This document shows, one piece after another, positions 8,354-19,097 of a stretch of DNA of 64,000 nucleotides. The DNA is from Bdellovibrio sp. (GTDB taxonomy: Bacteria; Bdellovibrionota; Bdellovibrionia; Bdellovibrionales; Bdellovibrionaceae). Location of the stretch: assembly GCA_036677065.1 (NCBI GenBank), contig JAKFBS010000004.1, positions 512,001 through 576,000 of the forward strand, in the 5' to 3' direction. Position 1 is the stretch's first letter, and each line of letters starts with the position of its first letter. Under the pieces are notes generated by a model. That model did no database searches, was not told where the DNA came from, and saw only the letters and a list, made by a program, of their open reading frames with translations. The position numbers and the translations under genes are program-made.

Positions 8354-10860
8354 GATAACCACTTTTGTAACGTTTTGTTTAACGAGTTAATATTTACAGG
8401 TTTAGAAATATAATCATCCATGCCGGCAGCAATGCAGCGTTCTTTGTCGCCTGATTGCGCATTCGCCGTCATAGCAATAATCGGGATCGTTGCTGGAATT
8501 TTATCACGCTTGCCACTACGAATAACTTTAGTGGCTTCAAAGCCATCCATTTCAGGCATTTGGCAATCCATCAGAACTAAGTCATAAGGAAACTGTTCTA
8601 AAGCAATTAGAGCTTCGATGCCATTACCTACAGTATCAACACGATGACCAATTTTTTCAAGCATTGCCCGTGCTACTTTTTGATTAACGAAATTATCTTC
8701 AACAACTAAAATTCGGCCGGTTTTATGTGAAGTGATTTCTTGTTCAAAGTGTTGGATTGTACCGGCATTTTTATTAAGGGATTTCTTTAATGAAATCTCA
8801 AACCAAAAAACTGAACCTTTATGTTCGGTGCTGATTACACCGATTTTTCCGTGCATCATATCGACCAAGCGCTGACAAATCGATAAACCTAAACCTGTGC
8901 CACCGAATTTGCGGCTCATCGTGCTGTCAGCTTGGGTGAAGGGTTGAAATAATTTTTTTAAATTGTCGCCAGAAATACCAATGCCAGAATCTTGAACCTC
9001 AAAGTGAATACTGATTTGTTTTTCGTCACTTGAAAGAACCGAAGCGCTGACTGCAATTTCACCTTCATGAGTAAATTTAATCGCATTAGAGATCAAATTT
9101 ACTAAAATCTGGCGAATGCGACCCGGGTCACCAACAACATTTTCAACTAAAATTGCGGGAATAACAGTTTTTAATTCTAAACCTTTTTGGGTGGCGGTAA
9201 GGCGCAAGGTTTTAGTGATGTCCTGAACTAAACTTGAAACTTCGAAATCAATCTCTTCGAGCTCCATTTTGCCAGATTCAATTTTTGATAAATCAAGAAT
9301 ATCATTAATAATGGCAAGTAGACTATCGGCTGAAGTGCGAATGATTTCGATGTATTCACGTTGCTGCGGTGAAAGGCTAGTGTCTAACACGATATTCGTC
9401 ATGCCGATCACGCCGTTGATTGGCGTTCTGATCTCATGACTCATATTTGCTAAAAAAAAGCTTTTAGTTTCAGAAGCTTGTTTAGCTTGTAGCGCAGATC
9501 TTTCAAGTTCACTGTTTAAAGTCTTTAACTGAATTTCGTTGGCTTTACGTTGGGTAATATCAGAAATAAAAGCCGTAAAAATATATTGGTTATCAATTTT
9601 TAGCGGGGTAATTGACAGCTCTACCGGAAACTCTTCGCCAGATTTTTTTAAACCGCTGATTTCGATACTGCGGTTTAATACAGGGCCTTCGCCAGTCATA
9701 ATAAAGTGGCTCAAACCTTTTTCATGCATTTGCCGATAACGTTCAGGAATAATTAATTCTGACATGCGCTGACCGATAGCCTGATCTTTAGACCAACCAA
9801 AAATTTCTTCAGCGCGTGGGTTCCACTCAGTAACAAGACCTTTTTGATCCATACCAACGATGGCATCAAAAGCTGATTCTAAAATGGCGCGTAATTTGCC
9901 TTCATTTTTACCCACGGCTTGGGTGCGTTCAACAACGCGTTTTTCTAATTCAGCATTGATCACCAATAATTTATTTTCGGCAGTGTTCTGAAGTTCTTCA
10001 GTTTGATATAAATCGTTAGCCATCTTCCAGACGATCACTAAGAAAAACACAATGCTACCCATAACGCGAATTAGAACACCAAAGTCAGCATCGATAAATG
10101 CAGCGCGCTCAGCTCTGATCTGAACCCAGTTCACAATCGGGGGCACCAAAACAGCCGAAGCCAGTAAAATGCGAGTACTTCGGCCAGCAACCGTTGGTGA
10201 AGTTGCAATTTTCATTAAGGCTATATTTTTGCGCGCGTATAAAAAACCTGTCGTTAAAATTATAAATAAGACCGACGTGTGCAGAGCCATTTGGGTGTAG
10301 TAAGCAGCACCAAAGGTATAACTGATTCCTAAAAGATAACCGAGCAACGCTTGAAACGAGATCAAGAAAGCTAAGAATATTAAATACTGACTGGCTCTTT
10401 GCCAACGTGGTTTTGCATTAGCGCTAAAAAAAACCGAAACGGCTAGAATTATAAAATTGATAGCTGTAATCGGAGCAAGACGGCCAGCCGGAAAGCGGGC
10501 GCCTGGGCGTATCGGATCAGCAAATAAAAACTCATCAATTCCTAAATTAATGTCTAGTAGGTATTCAGCCAGCGTCAGCGCGCCGATTAAAAAAGTAAGA
10601 CTGGCAAAAAAACGCGCCGATGTACGAATCCATTTGTTGTTAAGATATTCTTCGCTGTCTTGATAGAAGTGTAGCGCTAAAGCTAAAAAAAGTAAGCCGA
10701 TCGCCGTATTGGCTTTCATTGAAATGTAGCCGGAGAGTACGGTTTTTAGAGTGTCATTTTCTATAACCCAGCCTGTTAAAACTAACAGGCAGATTAACAC
10801 GGATAATGAAACGCAAAGTCTTACGAAAGAGACTTTTTTAAGAGAAAACTTATCATTCAT
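8350..10860 (-). CDS. membrane hybrid sensor histidine kinase (multi-TM sensor, PAS, HisKA, HATPase, receiver)
   Basis: FLANMSHEIRTPING H-box; NLISNAIKFT; GGTGLGL; receiver LVLMDCQMPEMDG; PAS EWNPRAEEIFGW. Confidence 0.95.
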   Translation of the reverse strand: MNDKFSLKKVSFVRLCVSLSVLICLLVLTGWVIENDTLKTVLSGYISMKANTAIGLLFLALALHFYQDSEEYLNNKWIRTSARFFASLTFLIGALTLAEYLLDINLGIDEFLFADPIRPGARFPAGRLAPITAINFIILAVSVFFSANAKPRWQRASQYLIFLAFLISFQALLGYLLGISYTFGAAYYTQMALHTSVLFIILTTGFLYARKNIALMKIATSPTVAGRSTRILLASAVLVPPIVNWVQIRAERAAFIDADFGVLIRVMGSIVFFLVIVWKMANDLYQTEELQNTAENKLLVINAELEKRVVERTQAVGKNEGKLRAILESAFDAIVGMDQKGLVTEWNPRAEEIFGWSKDQAIGQRMSELIIPERYRQMHEKGLSHFIMTGEGPVLNRSIEISGLKKSGEEFPVELSITPLKIDNQYIFTAFISDITQRKANEIQLKTLNSELERSALQAKQASETKSFFLANMSHEIRTPINGVIGMTNIVLDTSLSPQQREYIEIIRTSADSLLAIINDILDLSKIESGKMELEEIDFEVSSLVQDITKTLRLTATQKGLELKTVIPAILVENVVGDPGRIRQILVNLISNAIKFTHEGEIAVSASVLSSDEKQISIHFEVQDSGIGISGDNLKKLFQPFTQADSTMSRKFGGTGLGLSICQRLVDMMHGKIGVISTEHKGSVFWFEISLKKSLNKNAGTIQHFEQEITSHKTGRILVVEDNFVNQKVARAMLEKIGHRVDTVGNGIEALIALEQFPYDLVLMDCQMPEMDGFEATKVIRSGKRDKIPATIPIIAMTANAQSGDKERCIAAGMDDYISKPVNINSLNKTLQKWLS

Positions 10861-10912
10861 ACTAAAAGTAATTTAGATGAGTTTTCTCTCGAGGTATAGC
10901 GAAAAAAAGATC

Positions 10913-11560
10913 TTATTTAATAACAGCAACCCAAGTTGCATCGATACCGTATTGACGGACGAAACGATTAAAGATTTTGCCATGATCAGGGTGCATGCGC
11001 ACGCAGCCATGAGAAGCTTTAGTTCCTAACTTTGACCAGTTGCTTTTCGGAGTGCCATGGATCGCATAACCTTTATGTAAGAAAACTGCGTAAGGCATGT
11101 TGCCTAAACCGTTGTAATCTCCACCTGGATTCGCCTTAGAAGTGTAAGCATCATAGATGCGGCCATTGGGGTGACCTTCCCATAGGGGAGTTTCATTTTT
11201 TGGAGCACCGGTAGAAACTAACCAAGTGTGAGTTAAGCTGCCAGAAACATAAAGGTAAGCACGTTGTTCGCTTTTTCTAACTTCAATGTAAATCGGGCAG
11301 TCAAAACTGCGGCAAGAAATCTCGAAGAACGATGGCATTAAGTAAGGTAACTGGCCTGTTTGGCGAATGTACTCTCTATCCATCTCTTGAAGAATTTCTT
11401 CGATGTTTTCAGCTGCTGGATCCAATTCTTCGATCATGTTTGTTTCTTCGATAGCTGAAGCTTGCGTTGTTAGTTCTTGAGCTTGTGCTTCGCCGAAAAC
11501 TAAAACAACCGAAAGAAATAACATAACTAAGGCTGCGGTTTTTAAAATTTGTCTTTTCAT
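10913..11560 (-). CDS. L,D-transpeptidase (YkuD family), exported
   Basis: VSTG..TP; GYAIHGT...ASHGCVRM catalytic motif; signal peptide. Confidence 0.9.
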   Translation of the reverse strand: MKRQILKTAALVMLFLSVVLVFGEAQAQELTTQASAIEETNMIEELDPAAENIEEILQEMDREYIRQTGQLPYLMPSFFEISCRSFDCPIYIEVRKSEQRAYLYVSGSLTHTWLVSTGAPKNETPLWEGHPNGRIYDAYTSKANPGGDYNGLGNMPYAVFLHKGYAIHGTPKSNWSKLGTKASHGCVRMHPDHGKIFNRFVRQYGIDATWVAVIK

Positions 11561-11618
11561 AATCATCCCCTAAAAGTGAGCTGTTTAATTAATGTGTATG
11601 CAAAAGAAATGCAAACGA

Positions 11619-11933
11619 TTAATAAGGACAATGGCGACAGCCGTTACCACAACAGTAACCGCGCTTCAGATGATATGATTTTGAAAACACCATTAAGCCA
11701 TTGGTGTCAAAATAGTAATCTGGTTCATTAGGCTCATTAGTTGGAGTAGAAGTTTGCGCGTTTATAAATTCATTCAAACACTTAGCACATAAACAATCGC
11801 TAAAATTTTTCGGAATATTTTTAGCGATCGGAAGTTGTAAACACCAGCAGGGCAAAGTGCCCCCAGCGGTTCCATCATTTACGGCACCGCAAGAAAACTC
11901 AGAATGACACCGCTCACAGATTTTCTTTGCCAT
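11619..11933 (-). CDS. cysteine-rich CWC-family domain fused to DUF5522-like domain
   Basis: CERCHSEFSC...CWC...DCLCAKCL followed by DYY...GLMVF..YHLKRGYCCGNGCRHCPY; likely start is the ATG at 11933. Confidence 0.8.
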   Translation of the reverse strand: MAKKICERCHSEFSCGAVNDGTAGGTLPCWCLQLPIAKNIPKNFSDCLCAKCLNEFINAQTSTPTNEPNEPDYYFDTNGLMVFSKSYHLKRGYCCGNGCRHCPY

Positions 11934-12345
11934 GCGGCACACACTGCGAAACCCATTCGCCTGATTTGTAGTAAGCATAACCATAGAACCACACAAGTTC
12001 AGTTGCTTGATTCAAAACGCTCACTTTGTGTACAAAATCTTCTGGAACCACACCATTCACCGAATAGCACCAACCGTGGGCCTTCATGTCGGTGTCTGAA
12101 ATAAGTTCTAATTCAGAATTGATGTCATAAACACTTACGATACCATCAATATCACCGACAAAAGGAATCTGATTTTTATTAAAAAAATCTACCGATATTT
12201 GCCCAACGGTTTGCGGAAGTGTGACTTCAGTCGCTGCAGAAAATAAAACTTCGCTGTTTTTACCGATCACTTTAAATGTTAAAGCATAGCTATAAGTACA
12301 GACATTAAGTGAAACTAATACAATGAACGCAGCTAACAACCTCAT
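11914..12345 (-). CDS. exported DUF4430 (transcobalamin C-terminal-like beta-grasp) protein
   Basis: Signal peptide; GWCYSVNGVVP...L.W.Y pattern. Confidence 0.7.
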   Translation of the reverse strand: MRLLAAFIVLVSLNVCTYSYALTFKVIGKNSEVLFSAATEVTLPQTVGQISVDFFNKNQIPFVGDIDGIVSVYDINSELELISDTDMKAHGWCYSVNGVVPEDFVHKVSVLNQATELVWFYGYAYYKSGEWVSQCVPHGKENL

Positions 12346-12346
12346 A

Positions 12347-13615
12347 CTACTGTGACACCTTTAAATACATTTGTACGTTGAATGGGACCACGATGTTACC
12401 CATATGACCGCCCAGTGGATATAAAAATAAACGTTCACCAAAACTTTCACGCAATAAAGGTATGTCAGATGGTTTTAATAAAAAGTCATCCACGTTAGTA
12501 AAAACATAAACGCGTGGATCATTTTTTAAATCCTTCATCTGAGAATATAAACCAGTATTGTACGGGATATCTGATTTTTGTTCTTCAGGAGTTAACGTCG
12601 GGATCACAAACGAATGCATGTAGTTGGCAAAGTTATAAGTCCAAGCTTCGTCTTCAAGCGCATTTAATTTGTATTTAGAATAAGGAGTTTTTAATACACG
12701 CGGTTTTACAAAGTGAGAAGAAACAATAATATCACGTAAACTTTGGCGGTACTGATCGCCGATCACCCATTGGATATGATTAGTTTTAAATTTTAATTTC
12801 TCTAACATGTCAAAAAGGGCTTTTACAGGATCTTTTGCCGCAGAGACATCACCGGCATTGACGTAAATGGCTCCCATGATATGGTCTTTCCACGCTTTTG
12901 AAATACCAGCACCTACAACATCATTTAAATAATCCAGCTGCTGAATACCGTAGATCACATCTACGCCAGGGTTAATCAATAAAACTTTTTTGAAAAGTTG
13001 TTGGGATTGCTTTTTATCATAGGGTGCTAAAAATCCGGCTAACACTCCGCCATTTGAATAGCCGACTAAAGTAATTGAATTATAGCGCATGCCTTTTTTA
13101 TTTTTAGCATAATCTAAAATCCATTTTACAAATTGGTAGTACTCAATCGTATCGCGCGGCATGTAACCAGGAACGCCTGTTTCAGAAATAGCCAAAGTGT
13201 AGCTAAAAGATAAATTGCTCGGTAAACAAATCACATTGTAGCCAGCTTTGATATACACATCAGCTAAGGCCGCAGAATTTGTTGAATAACTATTGCCCCC
13301 AAGGCCTGCGATAATCATCACCAGCGGCGCATTTTGCTTTTGTTTGTAAACTTGCAAATTGATCACTGGTTTTGATAGCGGGTATTTTGCCTTTAAGCGT
13401 TCTGGGCGGTAAACCATCTCCCATTCGTCAAATTTAGCTGTTGAAGGCGAAAATGTAGATAACACTGTCGCGATAAATGGATCTTTGGTCGGAAACGGGT
13501 ACTGGCTTTCTGGAATCTCTAAAGCTTGTACCGCTTGGCCAAAACTTAATAATAAAATAAACAACATAGCGAGCGCTAAACGCATCGCCGAATGGTAAAC
13601 ACCGTAAACTTTCAT
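12347..13615 (-). CDS. exported alpha/beta-fold hydrolase
   Basis: IIAGLGG oxyanion region; GYSNGG nucleophile elbow; DDFLL; YPLGGHMGN. Confidence 0.85.
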   Translation of the reverse strand: MKVYGVYHSAMRLALAMLFILLLSFGQAVQALEIPESQYPFPTKDPFIATVLSTFSPSTAKFDEWEMVYRPERLKAKYPLSKPVINLQVYKQKQNAPLVMIIAGLGGNSYSTNSAALADVYIKAGYNVICLPSNLSFSYTLAISETGVPGYMPRDTIEYYQFVKWILDYAKNKKGMRYNSITLVGYSNGGVLAGFLAPYDKKQSQQLFKKVLLINPGVDVIYGIQQLDYLNDVVGAGISKAWKDHIMGAIYVNAGDVSAAKDPVKALFDMLEKLKFKTNHIQWVIGDQYRQSLRDIIVSSHFVKPRVLKTPYSKYKLNALEDEAWTYNFANYMHSFVIPTLTPEEQKSDIPYNTGLYSQMKDLKNDPRVYVFTNVDDFLLKPSDIPLLRESFGERLFLYPLGGHMGNIVVPFNVQMYLKVSQ

Positions 13616-13765
13616 TTCCCTGATTTCCTTATAGAGTGAGATATCTAGTGAAACTTCGAGTCAAAGGGAACCGCTAAATCAAAAAAGTAACAAATAGCGC
13701 GTCAACCTGCGAAATAGTTTCAAATATGATTTGTATCTCTGTGAAGTAGAGGTAAAAAAGCATCA

Positions 13766-15049
13766 GTGGAAAATGATTTATTCGCAACCCAAGTTGATCC
13801 CGAGATGCTGCCTTTGGCAGAGCGTATTCGTCCTAAAAACTTTGATGAAGTTTTAGGCCAGACTCATTTTCTATCTTCCAAGTCAGCTTTCTACCGCATC
13901 CTAAAAAGTGAGCAACTTTTAAACCTGATTTTTTGGGGTCCACCGGGCACCGGTAAAACAAGCCTTGCGATAAGCCTTGCTAAGAATCTAAAAGCGCACT
14001 TTATCCAAATGAATGCGGTTGATGCCGGAGTCAAAGATCTAAAAGCTGCCTGCGAATCAGGTCGCACCAGAAAATTACAGTACCAGCAAAAGACATTACT
14101 TTTTGTCGACGAGATCCATCGTTTTAATAAATCCCAGCAAGATGTGTTGTTACCTTACGTAGAAAAAGGCGATGTGTATTTAATCGGGGCGACCACTGAA
14201 TACCCAAGTTATGAGTTAAATAAAGCCTTACTGAGCCGTTGTCAGGTGGTTGAGTTTCGTAAGCTCACAACTGAAGCGTTAGAGCAGATCTTAGAAAAAG
14301 CAGCCACAGAACTTGGAATAACAACCAAAGATTTATTCTTAGATGAAACAAAGCAGTTATTAATTAATTCTGCTGATGGTGATGCCAGACGTTTATTAAA
14401 TATCACCGAGACGGTCATTAAATTTTATAAAGTAAAAACAGATGAAGATCCTTTTCCCTTATCTGTAGAGGATTTAGAAAAATTAATGGGAAGAAAAGTT
14501 ATTCCCTATGATAAAAAATCTGATCAGCATTACGATTGTATTTCGGCGTTTATTAAATCAATGCGCGGTTCTGATCCAGATGCGGCTTTATATTACTGTG
14601 CGCGGATGTTAGAGGGCGGAGAAGACCCATCATTTATCGTTCGTCGCATGATTATTTTTGCTAGCGAAGATATCGGTAACGCTGATCCGCGAGCATTAAC
14701 AATGGCTACAGCATGTTTACAAGCTGTCGAAGCGATTGGTATGCCTGAGGCTCGTATTAACATCGGCCAAGTTGTTACTTATTTGGCGAGTTGTCCAAAA
14801 TCGAATAAATCTTATTTAGCTATTAATGCAGCCATTGAATACGTGCAAAAAACCGGAACCCCAGAGCTTCCGGTGCATTTACGTTCGAGTTCTAAGGGTC
14901 AAGGCTATCAGTACCCGCATAATCACCCGAAAAACTGGGTAAAGCAAAGTTACTGGCCGCCACAAGCAAAGCCTGAAACTTTTTATGAACCTTCGAACTC
15001 GGGTTTTGAAAAAAATATTTCTGAATACTTACGTTGGTTGAAAGAGTAA
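13766..15049 (+). CDS. rarA: replication-associated recombination protein A (MgsA/RarA AAA+ ATPase)
   Basis: PLAERIRP; WGPPGTGKT; FVDEIHRFNKSQQD; SAFIKSMRGSDPDA; ASEDIGNADP. Confidence 0.95.
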   Translation: MENDLFATQVDPEMLPLAERIRPKNFDEVLGQTHFLSSKSAFYRILKSEQLLNLIFWGPPGTGKTSLAISLAKNLKAHFIQMNAVDAGVKDLKAACESGRTRKLQYQQKTLLFVDEIHRFNKSQQDVLLPYVEKGDVYLIGATTEYPSYELNKALLSRCQVVEFRKLTTEALEQILEKAATELGITTKDLFLDETKQLLINSADGDARRLLNITETVIKFYKVKTDEDPFPLSVEDLEKLMGRKVIPYDKKSDQHYDCISAFIKSMRGSDPDAALYYCARMLEGGEDPSFIVRRMIIFASEDIGNADPRALTMATACLQAVEAIGMPEARINIGQVVTYLASCPKSNKSYLAINAAIEYVQKTGTPELPVHLRSSSKGQGYQYPHNHPKNWVKQSYWPPQAKPETFYEPSNSGFEKNISEYLRWLKE

Positions 15050-15772
15050 TTCGATACGATCCCACAATTCGGTGCGCGGGGCCACCAGATCAATCATTTT
15101 GTTTTCGATCGGGTGCGGAAATTTTAAAGTCTTCGCTTTTAAACAAAGTCCGTTAATTTTTAATTCATCTCTAAAAAAGCGATTGTGATGTGAATCACCG
15201 TGTTCGCGATCACCCACAATCGGATGCGCCACGCGGTTCATATGGCGTCTGATCTGATGCCAACGGCCGGTTTTAAGTTCAACATGCAACAAACTATAAC
15301 GACTGGTCGGAAATTTTGAATTCACAGAATACTGCAGTTCAATTTTTTTCGTAGTTGAATATTGAGTAGAACATTCAACTAAGGTGCCTGTTGAATCTAG
15401 TTCTAGCGGAAGATTAATATGCCCGTGCTCTTCTTTAAACCAACCACGCACTACCACATCATAAGTTTTTTGGATCAGATGCGCGCGCATCATCTTATTC
15501 ATCTCTGACGAGGCTTTGTTGTGAAGACCAAAGATCACTAAACCTTCGGTGGCAAAATCCAGGCGATGAATGGGTGAACCGATAATTTGGTGTTTGTCTT
15601 TAAGCCAGTGCAGGCAGGTTTTTCTGCCGACAGTTTTTCTGGCAATACGATCTTCAGGAGGGTGCACGTAGACATGTGCGGGTTTCATCAAAACCAAAAG
15701 ATCTTGGTCGTGATAAACAATCGAAGGCTCGATATCAAATTTGTTATTCAGAGCCTTCGGGAGCGGTTGCAT
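15029..15772 (-). CDS. truC: RluA-family pseudouridine synthase, TruC-like
   Basis: HRLDFATEG catalytic motif; SRYSLL..ELKTGRWHQIRRH..HPIVGD..HGD..HNR as in TruC. Confidence 0.8.
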   Translation of the reverse strand: MQPLPKALNNKFDIEPSIVYHDQDLLVLMKPAHVYVHPPEDRIARKTVGRKTCLHWLKDKHQIIGSPIHRLDFATEGLVIFGLHNKASSEMNKMMRAHLIQKTYDVVVRGWFKEEHGHINLPLELDSTGTLVECSTQYSTTKKIELQYSVNSKFPTSRYSLLHVELKTGRWHQIRRHMNRVAHPIVGDREHGDSHHNRFFRDELKINGLCLKAKTLKFPHPIENKMIDLVAPRTELWDRIELLFQPT

Positions 15773-15782
15773 GTTTGGCTAA

Positions 15783-16187
15783 TTATAAACCTAAGTATTT
15801 GTTAAATACGGCGTTGTCAGTGTTTTGTACGCCTTTATTTAAAGTCGCGGTGTCGATGAAAGAATCATCGTTATAACGGCAAAGTTCAATTTCAGTTGTT
15901 GAGTTAAGAACAGTTGCTGTCGTTAAAGTGCCATGACAGTCAGTGTGCTCTTCAGCGTATTCTAGAAATGCAATTGGTTCAGCCGTTTGTGTGTTGAAAA
16001 ACATAACGTCTAAGGCGCCAACATAAGTATTGGCAAATTTGCATAACGCCCATTGATCATCTTGAAGTTCAACAACCGTAAATTCGCCACCAGCTAAGTT
16101 ACAGTTTCTGATTAACGGATTAGATGCTGACCACGAAGTTGAAGCTAAAAGGCACAGAACGATCACTGTCGCGTAAGCGAATTTCAT
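15783..16187 (-). CDS. secreted Cys-containing hypothetical protein
   Basis: Signal peptide; NP..RNC..AGG motif; GGAG RBS. Confidence 0.75.
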   Translation of the reverse strand: MKFAYATVIVLCLLASTSWSASNPLIRNCNLAGGEFTVVELQDDQWALCKFANTYVGALDVMFFNTQTAEPIAFLEYAEEHTDCHGTLTTATVLNSTTEIELCRYNDDSFIDTATLNKGVQNTDNAVFNKYLGL

Positions 16188-16312
16188 AAAGACTCCTTCA
16201 GAGGTAATTTATCCGTTAGCGATATCGGATAATTGCGGTGAAGCCAATTAATGCACCAGATATTCACTTTTTTACAAGACTTTTGCGGCGTTTCATCTAA
16301 AAATGAAGCACT

Positions 16313-17587
16313 ATGAGTAAATTGATAGATCGAAAAGTCTTATCTTGGGCGTTATATGACTGGGCCAACAGCGTTTTTTACACAACGGTTATGGCGGGTT
16401 TTTTTCCGGTATTTTTTAAAAAGTACTGGAACACCGAAGCCACAGTCAGCCAAAGCACTGAACGCTTAGGGGTTATCCTAGCAATTTCAGGTTTTTGCTT
16501 AGCGGTGCTGGCGCCGTGGTTAGGTGTTCTTTCTGACTATCGCAGATCAAAGAAAAAATTCTTAGGTGCATTCATGTTAATGGGAGCAGTAGCCACTGCT
16601 GGATTATTTTATGTACCCCAGGGAGATTGGTTAACTGCAGCGGTTCTTTATGGATTTGCATTTTTTTGTGCCGCAGCCAGTGTTGTTTTTAATGATTCAT
16701 TAATCGTTGGTGTTACCACGCCAGATAAATTCGATAAGGTCTCATCTTTTGGTTTTTCGCTGGGTTATTTAGGCGGCGGTTTATTGTTCTTAGTGAATGT
16801 TTTAATGTTTCAAAAGCCTGAATTTTTCGGACTTTCCAGTGGCTCTGAAGGTGTACGTTGGTCGTTTTTAACAGTTTCAATCTGGTGGGTGGTGTTTTCG
16901 ATTCCCAATTTTTTATACACGCCAGAGCCTGAAGCGATGCCCAGCAACGAGACGGCAGTGCAGTTATTTCTTAAATCTTTGAAAGAACTTAAAAGAACTT
17001 TCTTAGAACTTTTCAGACAAAAGAATTTATTTTTATTTATTGTAGCTTACTGGTTTTATATCGACGGCGTAGCCACAGTGATGTCGATGGCTGTGGATTT
17101 TGGAATCTCGATTGGTTTTGAAGCCGGCGATCTGATTAAGTCTTTGTTGCTGGTGCAATTTGTGGGTTTTCCGGCAGCTTATTTTACCGGCGCTTTAGCT
17201 GGAAAGTTCGGAAGTAAAAAAGTCATCATCGGCTGTTTATTAGTGTACGTATTGGTGGTGTTCGGGGCCTCGGTGATGACTAAGCCTGAACACTTCTACA
17301 TGATGGCAGTGTTAATTGGTCTTGCTCAAGGGGGCGTGCAGGCGCTTTCACGTTCGTTATTTGCGTATCTGATTCCGTCTGAAAAGGCCGGCGAATATTT
17401 TGGATTTTTTAATTTACTTGGTAAATTCGCCTCAGTGCTTGGCCCGTTATTAATGGCAGCCACGGCGCGTGCCTTCGGCCACCCACAAAAGACGATTTTA
17501 AGTTTATTATTGTTATTTATTTGCGGAATTTACTTTTTAAGCCGCGTACAAGTGCGACCGGCTGAGGTCAAAAGAGCTACTGCTTAG
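16313..17587 (+). CDS. MFS transporter (UMF1/Atg22-like)
   Basis: SWALYDWANS; GYLGGG; QALSRSLF; EYFGFFNLLGKF; about 12 TM segments. Confidence 0.92.
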   Translation: MSKLIDRKVLSWALYDWANSVFYTTVMAGFFPVFFKKYWNTEATVSQSTERLGVILAISGFCLAVLAPWLGVLSDYRRSKKKFLGAFMLMGAVATAGLFYVPQGDWLTAAVLYGFAFFCAAASVVFNDSLIVGVTTPDKFDKVSSFGFSLGYLGGGLLFLVNVLMFQKPEFFGLSSGSEGVRWSFLTVSIWWVVFSIPNFLYTPEPEAMPSNETAVQLFLKSLKELKRTFLELFRQKNLFLFIVAYWFYIDGVATVMSMAVDFGISIGFEAGDLIKSLLLVQFVGFPAAYFTGALAGKFGSKKVIIGCLLVYVLVVFGASVMTKPEHFYMMAVLIGLAQGGVQALSRSLFAYLIPSEKAGEYFGFFNLLGKFASVLGPLLMAATARAFGHPQKTILSLLLLFICGIYFLSRVQVRPAEVKRATA

Positions 17588-17744
17588 GTGGCTCGGTTTT
17601 TTCGCTGTCGCTGTGTTGGTGTTTTTGGATCTCAAGGGCCTTCTTGCCTGTGATGCCAACCCACTCCGGAAAGAAGACAGCGATGACGATAAAAATCATC
17701 GTAAATAGTGCAAAAAATCCAATAAGAATCCAAATAATTTCCAT
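17577..17744 (-). CDS. small single-pass membrane protein
   Basis: Hydrophobic N-terminus then FFPEWVGITGKKA; probable start MEIIW at 17744. Confidence 0.6.
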   Translation of the reverse strand: MEIIWILIGFFALFTMIFIVIAVFFPEWVGITGKKALEIQKHQHSDSEKTEPPKQ

Positions 17745-17805
17745 AATATAGCCATTATACATTCAATCTGTGACAGAAGTCTAAGTTTTTGGTATCCGAA
17801 CACCC

Positions 17806-18408
17806 ATGAGTTATAAGGTACAAGATCACTACTTTAAAAAGGCCAAAGAGCAAAATTTTGTGGCGCGTTCGGTTTTTAAGCTAGAAGAGATCGATCAAAA
17901 ATTTAAAATTATTTCTGCTGGCCAAAAGATTCTTGATCTAGGCGCCTCTCCAGGTTCGTGGTCACAATACTGCTCAAAAAAGATCGGCCCAAACGGGCGT
18001 CTTCTTGGTGTTGATTTAACTGAAATCGATTTAAAACTAAGTAAAACGATGAGTAACGCTAAATTCATTCAGGCAGATTTGCGTGATATCAATTTAGAAG
18101 AAATTTTTAAAGAGTATGGCTTTAATGAGCCGTTTGATATCGTGTTGTCTGATATGGCCCCAAAAACGACGGGCATTCGCATTACTGATCAGGCCCGTTC
18201 GTATGAGCTTTGTGATATTGCTCTGAATGTGGCGCGTAAATTTTTACGTAAAGACGGCCACTTTGTTTGCAAGTTATTTCATTCGGATGATTTTTCAAAA
18301 TTACGCGAAGAAATCAAAAAAGACTTTCAAAAGTTCGAAGCTGTTAAGCCCGATTCGACCCGTAAGATTTCGAAAGAAATTTTTTTGGTCGGTCTTAAGA
18401 AAAAATAA
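17806..18408 (+). CDS. rlmE: 23S rRNA Um2552 methyltransferase RlmE/FtsJ
   Basis: DHYFKKAKEQNFVARSVFKL; DLGASPGSWSQ; VLSDMAP; KP.S.R..S.EIF. Confidence 0.95.
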   Translation: MSYKVQDHYFKKAKEQNFVARSVFKLEEIDQKFKIISAGQKILDLGASPGSWSQYCSKKIGPNGRLLGVDLTEIDLKLSKTMSNAKFIQADLRDINLEEIFKEYGFNEPFDIVLSDMAPKTTGIRITDQARSYELCDIALNVARKFLRKDGHFVCKLFHSDDFSKLREEIKKDFQKFEAVKPDSTRKISKEIFLVGLKKK

Positions 18409-19097
18409 TGTCTATTGTAAATGTGATTTTTGAGAACAATGACTTTATCGCCTGCGATAAGCCAGCAGGCGTATTAAGTGTACCTGACCGTCATAAATCT
18501 GATCGCCCGTGTTTAGGTTTAGAGCTGCAAAAGCAAAAGGGCATTCAAATTTATCCGGTGCACCGCTTAGATCTAGAAGTGAGTGGTTTAATTCTTTTTG
18601 CCAAAAACTCTCGCGGTCACAAGGCTTCGCAAGATTGGTTTGCTAAAAAGCTCTTACAGAAAAAATATAAAGCTTTAACGTTAAAACAAGATTTCATGCA
18701 TTGGCCAGAAAACGTGAAAGCTGCGCGCGAGACCTTAACTTTAACACCAGGGTCTGAGTTTCTATGGAAGATGAACATCTTGCGTGGCAAAAGAAGGTCT
18801 TTTGAATCACCTCACGGCGACCCAGCTGAAACCAAAGCTATATATAGAGGTGAGCGTGGTGAATTTCTTGAGTGGGATATGTATCCTATTACAGGGCGCT
18901 CGCATCAGCTTAGATTAGAATTAAGTCGCCACGGATTTCCTATCGTGGGTGATGAATTATATGGGTCTAAAGTTAGTCTAAATGCTTTGCAATGGCCCTT
19001 TGGGCCCCTGGCTTTAAGAGCAATTGAAATCACTTTTAATGAGCAAATTTGTTCAGATTTTGATTTTCCTTTTGTACTATCAGCTACTTATCTTTAA
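18408..19097 (+). CDS. RluA-family pseudouridine synthase
   Basis: DKPAGVLSVP; VHRLDLEVSG; TGRSHQLR; PIVGDELYG. Confidence 0.92.
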   Translation: MSIVNVIFENNDFIACDKPAGVLSVPDRHKSDRPCLGLELQKQKGIQIYPVHRLDLEVSGLILFAKNSRGHKASQDWFAKKLLQKKYKALTLKQDFMHWPENVKAARETLTLTPGSEFLWKMNILRGKRRSFESPHGDPAETKAIYRGERGEFLEWDMYPITGRSHQLRLELSRHGFPIVGDELYGSKVSLNALQWPFGPLALRAIEITFNEQICSDFDFPFVLSATYL

